Origin: a virus
Strand: one strand, 5' to 3'
DNA length: 36,621 bases
Virus record (IMG/VR): IMGVR_UViG_3300045988_126772
Location: 1 to 36,621 of that record
The notes below the pieces were generated by a model. The model was not told where the DNA came from, ran no database searches, and saw only the letters and a program-made list of their open reading frames with translations. Below are positions 1-8,644 of this stretch, piece after piece. A program made the translations under genes and the position numbers. Positions within the stretch are counted from its first letter, which is position 1, and the number at the start of each line of letters is the position of its first letter.

Positions 1-119
1 AACAAAACCATCTAATCATGAAATTAAATATACTAGTCCGTATGCTAAATTTCAGTATTATGGGAAATTAATGCTAACAAAAACAGGTAGTTCTTGGGCG
101 AGAAAAGGCGAAAAAAAGA
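1..119. repeat. Terminal direct duplication. Bases 1-119 are identical to 36503-36621, consistent with a circular or circularly permuted genome written with an overlap.
   Basis: I read both ends: the string aacaaaaccatctaatcatgaaattaaat...ggcgaaaaaaaga occurs at both places. Confidence 0.95.
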
Positions 120-244
120 GTGTAACAAATAAAGATTTAAAATATCACACATCCGGAACAGGTGCAAGATGGGAACAACTTATGTTACAAAGAAGAAAAA
201 ATGATTTAATTAGTGATGTAGAAAATTACATCAAGAAAGGATGA
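1..244 (+). CDS. 3' part of the head-tail joining protein gene that starts at 36336 (Minor_capsid_1 / HK97 gp10-like). It is continuous across the terminal duplication.
   Basis: The frame is open from base 2 to the TGA at 242-244. The sequence ...KYTSPYAKFQYYGKLMLTKTGSSWARKGEKKSVTN... continues the ORF that runs off the window end. The PYIPxDNGxL and PYAxxQYYG motifs are typical of this family. Confidence 0.6.
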   Translation, partial: TKPSNHEIKYTSPYAKFQYYGKLMLTKTGSSWARKGEKKSVTNKDLKYHTSGTGARWEQLMLQRRKNDLISDVENYIKKG

Positions 245-247
245 TTT

Positions 248-661
248 ATGGCTGATATAAAGGGAAAAATGGAAATAATCAAAGAATTTATAGAAAAATG
301 CCCACTTTTAAAAGGTGGAAAGGTTAATGTAGATTATTTGAAGTCCAAAACTTATAGTTATTCTATTGATGAAACACCTACAACAACAATTATACAAAGA
401 TTTGCAGATGGTGGATGTAGAGAACAAATAAATTTTGATTTTAGCATTCAAGCACCATTTAATGCGCTAGAAACAATAAATAATTCTAAATTTTGTGATG
501 ATTTTATACAATGGATTAAAGAGCAAGAAAAAAAGGATAATTTACCAGATATAGATGGTATAGAAAAAATTAGTTGCAATAGAGGAACAATATTACAGAC
601 AACAGAAACAACTGCAATATATGTTATTCCTATGCAAATAATCTATATAGAAGAATATTGA
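248..661 (+). CDS. Head-tail joining or tail-terminator-like structural protein (137 aa). Function is inferred from position only.
   Basis: ATG at 248 follows aagaaaggatgattt. The ORF lies between the connector genes and the major tail protein gene. Confidence 0.6.
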   Translation: MADIKGKMEIIKEFIEKCPLLKGGKVNVDYLKSKTYSYSIDETPTTTIIQRFADGGCREQINFDFSIQAPFNALETINNSKFCDDFIQWIKEQEKKDNLPDIDGIEKISCNRGTILQTTETTAIYVIPMQIIYIEEY

Positions 662-680
662 AAAGAAAGGAGCTTTTAAA

Positions 681-1181
681 ATGGCTGAGAAAAAAGAAAC
701 AAGAGTCAAAAGAAGTGACAAAGTCGCTTTCTTAAATGTTGGTACATCAACAGAAAAAAACTTTGAAAGAATGCGTAAATTCACAGAAATATCAACATCA
801 AAAAATGCTACTGAATATAGTAGAAGATATGTAGATGAAGATGGAGACACAACTGATACAACAGGTTATGCAGAAGAAAAATCTTATGCATTTGATCAAT
901 ATAAAGACAATCCAGTTCATGAAAAGATAGCACAAATATCTGATGATGAATTAACTGGAGATGATGCAGTTGTTGAAACTTTAGTTGTAGATAAAACAAC
1001 AAAAGATACAGAGGGAAAATATGATGCAAGATTAAGAAGCTATGCTGTTGTTCCTGATAGTGATGGGGATAGTAACGATGCATATACATATAGTGGAGCA
1101 TTAAAGGCAAAAGGTAAATTTGAAAAAGTCAAAGTTACTTTAAGCGAAGATGAAAGAACAGCAACAATAGTAACAGAATAG
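681..1181 (+). CDS. Major tail protein (siphovirus, TP901-1/phi13-like size and position)
   Basis: RBS aaaggag lies upstream of the ATG. The 166-aa product sits directly upstream of the chaperone pair and tape measure. A possible hairpin plus T-run follows the stop (gcagagggcaatataaccttctgc tttttttt). Confidence 0.65.
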   Translation: MAEKKETRVKRSDKVAFLNVGTSTEKNFERMRKFTEISTSKNATEYSRRYVDEDGDTTDTTGYAEEKSYAFDQYKDNPVHEKIAQISDDELTGDDAVVETLVVDKTTKDTEGKYDARLRSYAVVPDSDGDSNDAYTYSGALKAKGKFEKVKVTLSEDERTATIVTE

Positions 1182-1248
1182 TTAATGTAAGTAGCAGAGG
1201 GCAATATAACCTTCTGCTTATTTTTTTTATGAAAGGATGGAATTTATT

Positions 1249-1599
1249 ATGAAAATTAAAAACATTGAGGTTAATTTCGATTTTTTAGATGCTGATGATA
1301 TGGAAAAATTTGAAAACGAGGCAAAAAAAGTTATTGAAGAATGCGAAAAAGGAGAAACTGCAGGGCTTTCTTATTCACAGGTGATAAGGGAACAATGCAG
1401 AATTATAAATAATTTCTTTGACAATGTGTTTGGAGAAGGGATTTCTGAAAAGTTATTTGGAAATAAAAATAATTTGAGAGAACATACAGATGCGTTTGAG
1501 GAAATCGTAAAAGAAAAGGAAAAACAACAACAGTCTTTTGCAACATCTTTGAGTAGATACCAACCAAATAGAGAAACAAGGAGGAGCAAAAGAAAATAA
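1249..1599 (+). CDS. Tail assembly chaperone (G-like)
   Basis: It is the first of two small ORFs immediately upstream of the tape measure. ATG 1249 is better spaced from aaagga than ATG 1237. The product is acidic and helical. Confidence 0.6.
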   Translation: MKIKNIEVNFDFLDADDMEKFENEAKKVIEECEKGETAGLSYSQVIREQCRIINNFFDNVFGEGISEKLFGNKNNLREHTDAFEEIVKEKEKQQQSFATSLSRYQPNRETRRSKRK

Positions 1600-1604
1600 A
1601 AATG
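1588..1604 (+). promoter_or_regulatory. Possible -1 recoding site joining the chaperone ORFs (G to G-T fusion)
   Basis: The ORF at 1602 is in the -1 frame relative to 1249-1599, and that frame is open from 1572. An A-run at 1593-1596 (codon AAA 1594-1596) sits directly before the TAA stop. The 1602 ATG has no well-spaced RBS. Confidence 0.3.
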
Positions 1605-2183
1605 AATAATAACATCCTTTTAGATGAATTACCACAATATACAAATAGTGGTTTGAAAATTAGAACGGATTTCAGAGAAAGTATAAAATTTGAATTATTA
1701 ATGCAAGATCATAATTTAAGTGAAGAAGTGAAGATAATGCAAGCATTACAACTTTATTATTATGATATTAGTAAAATTACAGATATAAGACAAGCAGTAC
1801 AAGATATATTGTGGTTTTATAGATGTGGAAAAATTATTGAAAATAGTAATAAAGAGGACTATGAAGAAAGACAAGAAGATGTAAAACAAATTTATAGCTA
1901 TGAATTTGATGATGAATACATTTTTAGTGCTTTTATGGAGCAATATGGAATCGACTTAAATGAGATTGAGTATATGCATTGGTGGAAATTCAAATCCTTG
2001 TTTAATAGCTTAAACGAGAATACTCAGTTCGTGAAAATAATGGGTTATAGAAATATGAATGTTGCTAAAATAAAAGATAAAGAAATGAAAGCACATTATA
2101 AAAAGATGCAAAAATTATATGAATTACCTGATATGAGAACTGATGAAGAAAAAGAGTCTGATTTTGCAAATGAATTGTGGTAA
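1602..2183 (+). CDS. Tail assembly chaperone, T part (Gp15-like)
   Basis: 193-aa ORF in the -1 frame of the preceding ORF. The N-terminus LLDELP...GLKIRTDFRESIKFELLMQD resembles the phage Gp15 family. Its position upstream of the tape measure fits. Confidence 0.55.
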   Translation: MNNNILLDELPQYTNSGLKIRTDFRESIKFELLMQDHNLSEEVKIMQALQLYYYDISKITDIRQAVQDILWFYRCGKIIENSNKEDYEERQEDVKQIYSYEFDDEYIFSAFMEQYGIDLNEIEYMHWWKFKSLFNSLNENTQFVKIMGYRNMNVAKIKDKEMKAHYKKMQKLYELPDMRTDEEKESDFANELW

Positions 2184-2216
2184 TCCCAAAATTTATTATA
2201 GAAATGGGGTGAAAGA

Positions 2217-4382
2217 ATGGCAAAAGATGGCTCTGTTGTAGTAGACACCGAGTTAAATAATGATGGATTTAACAAAGGTATAGACAGCATGAAAGGTGGC
2301 TTTAGTAAAATAAAGAGTATTGCCGGAACAGCCCTTAAAGGTATTGCAATTGGTGCTGCAGCAGTTACAACAGGAATGATTGCAATAGGCAAAAGTGCAG
2401 TAGATAGTTATGCGGATTATGAACAATTAATTGGCGGTGTTGAAACATTGTTCAAAGAAAGTGCAGGAATTGTTGAAGGCTATGCTAATAATGCATATAA
2501 GACAGCCGGATTAAGTGCAAATGCTTATATGGATACAGTTACATCTTTTAGTGCTTCTTTGTTACAAAGTTTGAATGGAGATACTGCAAAATCTGCTCAA
2601 GTAGCAGATATGGCAATTACAGATATGGCAGATAATGCAAATAAGATGGGGACATCTATGGAAAGCATACAAAACGCATATCAAGGATTTGCAAAGCAAA
2701 ACTATACTATGCTTGATAACTTAAAACTTGGTTATGGTGGAACTAAAGAAGAAATGGAAAGATTACTTTCAGATGCTCAAAAAATAACAGGTGTTAAGTA
2801 TGATATATCAAATTTAAATGATGTATATCAAGCAATTCATGTTATTCAGGGAGAACTTGGAATAACAGGAACAACCGCAAAGGAAGCAAGTACAACAATA
2901 CAAGGATCTGCTGCTGCAATGAAAGGTGCATGGCAAAATTTATTGACAGGAATGGCTGATGATTCACAAGACTTTGGTCAATTAATCGAGAATTTTGTTG
3001 AGAGTGTACTTACATTTGGAGATAATATTATTCCAAGAATAGAAGTTGTTATAAATGGAATTTCAAAATTAGTAGGAGGATTAGTTCAAGAGTTTCTACC
3101 TAAAATAATTCAAATGATACCACCATTACTAGAGGAGGCATTACCAATAATATTAACTGCATTACAATCATTGGTACAAAGTATATTGGATGCTTTACCA
3201 GCAATAATGCAATGCTTAATAGATGTAATTCCACAACTTATTGATACAATAACAGCAATGCTACCATTATTAGTTGATGTTGGAATGCAAATAATTATAT
3301 GTTTAATTCAAGGATTGATAGATGCAATTCCAAATTTAATCATAGAATTAGTTCAACTTGTTAATCAAATAATAGGTGTATTGATAGATAATTTACCAGA
3401 TTTAATTGATGCTGCAATTAGTTTCTTTATGGGAATTGTAGAGGCTATTCCAGAAATTATTACTGCTTTATTGGACAACCTTGATGAGATAATAAAAACA
3501 GTAGTATATGGCTTGATAGATGCATTACCAAGACTGATTGAAGGAGCAATACAATTGTTTATGGGTATTATTCAAGCTATACCAACTATTATAGATGCTC
3601 TTATTGATAACTTACCACATATAATTGAAACAATTTTAGAAGCCTTAATTGATGCAATACCTGCAATTATAGATGGTGCAATTCAACTATTTATGGGATT
3701 GATACAAGCATTACCTACAATAATTGAGGCTCTTATAGAAAATTTACCAAGAATAATATTGACTATTACTAGTGTACTTATTCAAAATTTACCAAGGCTA
3801 ATTCAGGCAGCAATTCAACTATTTATGGGAATTATAAAAGCAATTCCAACAATAGTAATTGAATTAGCAAGGAATATGCCTCAAATCATAGCATCAATTG
3901 TAAATGGGTTAAAGGCAGGATTTTCACAAGTTAAAGAAATTGGTAGCAATATGATAAAAGGTTTATGGGAAGGAATAAACAATGTAAAACAATGGATTTT
4001 TGATAAAATAAAAGGATTTTGCAGTGGAATTATTGATAAGGTTAAAGGTCTATTTGGAATACATTCTCCATCTAAGGTATTTAATAAGGAAGTTGGTCAA
4101 TATTTAGGATTAGGATTGGGAGAAGGATTTAATGATAGTTTAAAAGATGTTTATAAAGATATGCAAAGAGCAGTAGAACATGAAAATACAAAACTAACAT
4201 CTAATTTAACAAGTAGTCATCAAATTAAGGTTGAAACAGAAGATAATAGGCAAACACATCTACAAAGTATTGATGATAATAAAGAAATTACTGTAAATTC
4301 AGTAACAAATCTCGATGGAAAAGTATTGACTTCATCAGTAAATAAAGGAAATATAAAAAGAAAGTTACAATATGGATATTAG
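2217..4382 (+). CDS. Tail tape measure protein
   Basis: It is a long structural ORF (721 aa) with RBS ggggtgaaaga. It has a hydrophobic glycine-rich N-terminal segment, a long helical repeat region and the canonical position. Confidence 0.85.
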   Translation: MAKDGSVVVDTELNNDGFNKGIDSMKGGFSKIKSIAGTALKGIAIGAAAVTTGMIAIGKSAVDSYADYEQLIGGVETLFKESAGIVEGYANNAYKTAGLSANAYMDTVTSFSASLLQSLNGDTAKSAQVADMAITDMADNANKMGTSMESIQNAYQGFAKQNYTMLDNLKLGYGGTKEEMERLLSDAQKITGVKYDISNLNDVYQAIHVIQGELGITGTTAKEASTTIQGSAAAMKGAWQNLLTGMADDSQDFGQLIENFVESVLTFGDNIIPRIEVVINGISKLVGGLVQEFLPKIIQMIPPLLEEALPIILTALQSLVQSILDALPAIMQCLIDVIPQLIDTITAMLPLLVDVGMQIIICLIQGLIDAIPNLIIELVQLVNQIIGVLIDNLPDLIDAAISFFMGIVEAIPEIITALLDNLDEIIKTVVYGLIDALPRLIEGAIQLFMGIIQAIPTIIDALIDNLPHIIETILEALIDAIPAIIDGAIQLFMGLIQALPTIIEALIENLPRIILTITSVLIQNLPRLIQAAIQLFMGIIKAIPTIVIELARNMPQIIASIVNGLKAGFSQVKEIGSNMIKGLWEGINNVKQWIFDKIKGFCSGIIDKVKGLFGIHSPSKVFNKEVGQYLGLGLGEGFNDSLKDVYKDMQRAVEHENTKLTSNLTSSHQIKVETEDNRQTHLQSIDDNKEITVNSVTNLDGKVLTSSVNKGNIKRKLQYGY
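3381..3908 (+). repeat. Four tandem 132-nt (44-aa) in-frame repeats inside the tape measure gene
   Basis: The units are LIDNLPDLIDAAISFFMGIVEAIPEIITALLDNLDEIIKTVVYG, LIDALPRLIEGAIQLFMGIIQAIPTIIDALIDNLPHIIETILEA, LIDAIPAIIDGAIQLFMGLIQALPTIIEALIENLPRIILTITSV and LIQNLPRLIQAAIQLFMGIIKAIPTIVIELARNMPQIIASIVNG (aa 389-564). Degenerate copies lie upstream. Confidence 0.85.
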
Positions 4383-4394
4383 GAGGTGGAGAGA

Positions 4395-4775
4395 ATGTCA
4401 TTATTGGAACATAATGGTTTTAAGTTTAAAAATATATTGTCTAAAGGATATAATTTAAAAGAAGATGAAGCAGAAGTTCTATCTAGTATTACTATGAGTG
4501 ATGGAAGTATTAGAAAGAATTATGGAAAAATGCCTAAAACAACAATAACTGTAAAATTCGGACAATTAAATAAACAAACTTATAAAGAATACATAAGTCA
4601 TTTTAGTAAAAATGAGGATTATTATACATATTATTCTTTCAAATATGATAAGATGATTACTAAAAAATTCTTTGTTTCTCTGCCTGATACCTCAATGATT
4701 TCTTCTGTTGGAGATGGAAGAATAGATGAATTTGAGGTAACACTTTCTCAAATAGGAGGCGAGATTAACCAATGA
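4395..4775 (+). CDS. Small tail or baseplate protein in the distal-tail position (126 aa)
   Basis: AGGAGG at 4381-4386 lies 8 nt upstream of ATG 4395. It directly follows the tape measure, and its stop overlaps the next start (ATGA). Confidence 0.55.
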   Translation: MSLLEHNGFKFKNILSKGYNLKEDEAEVLSSITMSDGSIRKNYGKMPKTTITVKFGQLNKQTYKEYISHFSKNEDYYTYYSFKYDKMITKKFFVSLPDTSMISSVGDGRIDEFEVTLSQIGGEINQ

Positions 4776-6881
4776 TTGATTTAAGTGATGAAATAAGAAA
4801 GTCCTATGAAGAAAGTACAACTCAATATGATAAAATAAAAATTGGAAATAAAGAATATCCTATTAGTAATGTACAATATTGTGATGATTGTTATGATGAT
4901 GGAAATATTTTTGGAACTGCAATTGCAAGAACTCTTGACTTTGAAATTGAAAATATTGTTGATTTAGAAAATAAAGAATTTGAATATTTCACAGGAATAA
5001 AAGTTGAAAATTCAGTACATTGGATTTCACTAGGCAAATTCATTACAATTGATGAAGAGCCACGGAGATACTACTTTAATAAATAAAGTAAGTGCAATGG
5101 ACTATATGCTGAAATCAAATATTTTATATGAATCTAAATTAGATTATTCAAGTAAGAAAATAACAGTATTAGATGTTACAAAAGAGGCTTGCAATTTAGC
5201 AGGTCTTGAATTAGCAACAGAAGACTTTGCAAACTGCAATTTTATTGTAGATAGTAATCAATTTGAAGTTGATGCTATAATAAGACAAGTGTTTCAAGCA
5301 GTTGCTGGAATATCAGGATCATTTGCAAAAATAAAATCTGATAACAAATTGTATTTTATTACACCAAAATTAATTGATAGTAAAAAGTACAAAGTAAAAG
5401 ATGTTCATAAAATGTTAGTAGTCGATTTAATGAAACAGAAGGTAAGAAATATAACTAATGATTTAAAAACATTAGGAATAGAAAAAGAGTCAACAAAACA
5501 GGTTGATGAAATGATAGTCAAATCGATGAATGAAATAATGGTAAAGAGACTAACAACAAACACAAATGAACCTAGCCTTGAAAAGCAAAGTGATTACTCA
5601 GAATTAGTTATAAAAAGGAATACTCATCCGATAAATGTTGTTTCACTAGGTATGAGCCAAGTAGAAGGAGAAAATATTACTTTAAGAGATGAGGAGAGTA
5701 TTGCAGCAGATGGAGAAAATTGTCTTGCAATAAATGATAATCCATTTGCATATACTCAAGAAAAAAGAGAAGAACTTATTGTGGAATTATTTGATAAAGT
5801 AAAAGGATTCTCTTATACATCTTACGAATTGAAAGGACAATGTAAACCTTACTTAGAAACAGGAGATCCATTATGGATTTTAGATTTTGATGGTGCAATT
5901 GCATCATCTTTTTTATTTAGATTTACATATAAAAGCCCAAATGGTCTTGAAAGTGAAATGTCAGCACCATCAATTATTAAGGCAACAGTCAATTATCAAA
6001 ATGTTCCGAGTGATTTAGAAAGAATAAGAAGAACAGAGATTATTGTTGATAAACAACAAGGAACTATTGATGCAATAATTGATAAGCAAACAGAAGATGG
6101 TAGCAAAATAAACTCTATGCAAATGAATGCAGAAGAAACAAATGATACCATAAAGAAAATAACAGCAGAATATCAAGAACAAATTGCACAATTAAAATTA
6201 ACAATTGAAGGATTAAAAACAACTGTTGCTACAAAAGGCGGAGGAAATATTTTTGCGTATTCTAAAGAATATTGGAATGAAAATATCACAGAATATACAA
6301 ATACTGACTTAAAACAAAATTCCATTTCTGGAATAGGGTATGAATTAATAATTGGAACAACAAAACAGACTGTACAATTAAAAAACGAAACTTATACAAT
6401 AAGTTTTATTTACAAAAATAAAAATGAGCTTACTAAAGCAAGAGTTATTTTAAATGGAGAGTCATTCAATTTAGAATATACTGGAGATAAATGGAAAGAG
6501 TTTTGCAAAACAATTGATGTTACTTCAAATACAATTGATATTAGTTTTTATACAGATACAAATAAAACTGTCTATATTTCTGATTTGATGGGAAATTTAG
6601 GCTCTGAAAAGCAAACTTGGGAACAAAATGCTAATGAAACTTATACTGATGCCGTCCAGATTGGAAAAGGTATTCAAGTAAATAGCAGTGAAACAAATAC
6701 TTATACCAGAATTGATAGTGATGGAAATAGAGTATTTAATAAAGCAACAGGAGATGTTATTTCAGAATTTACTGATAAAGGTATGGAGACCAAAGATATG
6801 ATTGTAAATGGAAAAGCTGAGATAGCAGGACTTTTAATTCAAAAAGTGAGTTCACAAATTTGGTTGTCAAGTTTGTTGTAG
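4772..6881 (+). CDS. Tail-tip or baseplate structural protein (Tal-like), about 702 aa if a +1 shift occurs at CGG 5063-5065. As written it is two ORFs (4772-5086 and 5049-6881).
   Basis: The 0 frame reads ...gag cca CGG aga tac tac ttt aat aaa TAA. Skipping C5063 gives ...EEP-GDTTLINKVSAMDYML... in the frame of the 610-aa ORF. The ATGs at 5049/5052 have no RBS. Confidence 0.6.
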
Positions 6882-6893
6882 AAAGGAGATAGT

Positions 6894-8633
6894 ATGGCAA
6901 GTAGTGGGTCTTTTGGAACTGGTAATTATCACGGAAGATATTTAACATTTAACTGGTGGACCAATGGAAGAAGTATAGATGGTAACTATACAGATATTGG
7001 TTGGAATTTAGTTGGTAGTGGAAATGCAAGTGCTAGTTGGTATAAAGCAGGTAATTTTAAAGTTGTCATTGATGGAGAAGAAGTTTATTCATCTTCAAGT
7101 CGTATAAACTTATATAATGGAACTACAGTAGCATCTGGAACAAAAAGAATTTATCACGATGGCCAAGGAAATAAGCAGTTTAGTGCCTATGCTGAAGCAG
7201 GTATTTATACTGTAGCAGTCAATTGTACTGGTAGTGGCAGTTGGTGGCTTGATAATATTCCTAGATATTTGAATAGTATAAATATTTATAATAATGGAAC
7301 TGCATTAAATTCAGTTTCAATAAAATGGACTTGTGATCCAAGAAGAGATTGGACTCAATATTCCTTAAATGGTGGTGGATGGACTAATGCAGGAGACAAT
7401 GTTGCAGGAGATGGAAAAAGCGGTACATTTACAATAGGTGGATTACAACCTAATACTACATACAATGTAAGAGTTAGATTGAGAAGAGCAGATAGTGGTC
7501 TATGGTCAGAGAGTGGAACTTTATCAATTGCAACTAAAAATATTGCTACTATTACGAGCCCAAATAATAATTTTAGCTTAAATAATGAAAGTTCTTTAAA
7601 AGTTGATTGCAATAATCCTTCTGGAAATGATATTGCATACTTTTTAGATTGCCCAAGTGGTACAAGGCGTTTGACATCAAGTAGAACTAAAAATACATCT
7701 TATACTTGGACAAAGACACAAATATTGTCTATGTTACAATATTCTAAAAATAGTAATAGTATTTCTGTAAAAGTTGGAATAATTACTTATGGCAATTCAG
7801 AATATTATAATGAAAAAGTAGGAACTTTGAATATTATAAATTCAAATCCTGCTTTTTATAATTTCACTTACGAGGATACAGACGCATCAACAATTAAGTT
7901 GACTGGTGGAAATCAATCAATAATTAAAGGATATTCTAATGTTAAGGCAATTATTTCTGCAGCAAATAAAGCAGTGGCTAAAAACTATGCGTCTATGAAT
8001 TTATATAGATTTGTAGTTGGAAACAAACAATTAGATATTAAGTATTCCAATAATTCTACTGTTAGTGGAACTATTGATAATGCAGATAGCAATATTTTTA
8101 ATGTTTATGCAATAGATAGCAGAGGAAATTCAACAGTAAAACAAATTTCCCCAAGTAGATTTTTAGATTATTCAGATATTGTAATAAAAAAAGCAAGTAT
8201 TGCAAGAACTGGTGGAGTTGGATCAGAAACTAGTATATCATTTGAAGGTACTTATTGGGGATATGGATTTGGTGCAATGAATAATGCAATAACATCTTGT
8301 TATTATGAATATAAAACCACTAATTCTAAAGATTGGATTAGAGGAGATGAATTAACAACTAAATTAGATGGAAATAATTTTAGTTTTAGTGGAAAAATAC
8401 GAGGAGACTCTGGTGCAAACGGATTTAGTGTAACAAAAAGTTTTAATATTAGGATTGTTATAAAAGATAGATTGTCTACATCAATTTATGAAATGACATT
8501 AGGAACAGGAATACCTGCAATTGCAATATCTAAAAATGGTATTGCAATAAATAATATGTATGATGAAACATTAAAGGGGGCATTGCAAATAACAGGCGAT
8601 GTCTATATTAACAAAAAGAAATTAAATAGTTAG
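6894..8633 (+). CDS. Tail fibre or baseplate structural protein with an FN3-like segment
   Basis: RBS aaaggag is present. The 579-aa product is rich in G/S/N/T and beta-like. The segment GGLQPNTTYNVRVRLRRADSGLWSESG looks like a fibronectin type III strand pattern. It sits between the tail-tip protein and the fibre. Confidence 0.6.
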   Translation: MASSGSFGTGNYHGRYLTFNWWTNGRSIDGNYTDIGWNLVGSGNASASWYKAGNFKVVIDGEEVYSSSSRINLYNGTTVASGTKRIYHDGQGNKQFSAYAEAGIYTVAVNCTGSGSWWLDNIPRYLNSINIYNNGTALNSVSIKWTCDPRRDWTQYSLNGGGWTNAGDNVAGDGKSGTFTIGGLQPNTTYNVRVRLRRADSGLWSESGTLSIATKNIATITSPNNNFSLNNESSLKVDCNNPSGNDIAYFLDCPSGTRRLTSSRTKNTSYTWTKTQILSMLQYSKNSNSISVKVGIITYGNSEYYNEKVGTLNIINSNPAFYNFTYEDTDASTIKLTGGNQSIIKGYSNVKAIISAANKAVAKNYASMNLYRFVVGNKQLDIKYSNNSTVSGTIDNADSNIFNVYAIDSRGNSTVKQISPSRFLDYSDIVIKKASIARTGGVGSETSISFEGTYWGYGFGAMNNAITSCYYEYKTTNSKDWIRGDELTTKLDGNNFSFSGKIRGDSGANGFSVTKSFNIRIVIKDRLSTSIYEMTLGTGIPAIAISKNGIAINNMYDETLKGALQITGDVYINKKKLNS

Positions 8634-8644
8634 GAGGAAAAAAT

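Noticed and set aside
593-2392. Several 60-100-aa minus-strand ORFs (593-850, 808-1110, 1371-1644, 1746-1943, 2096-2392). Similar ones occur elsewhere (7355-7612, 8878-9108, 20385-20675, 27492-27860 and others).
   Set aside because: All are antisense to clear structural or early genes, hydrophobic and low-complexity, without ribosome-binding sites. They are the expected by-product of AT-rich coding sequence.
3381-3908. Regularly spaced repeats checked as a possible CRISPR array
   Set aside because: The repeats are contiguous 132-nt in-frame units inside the tape measure ORF, with no unique spacers and no cas genes.
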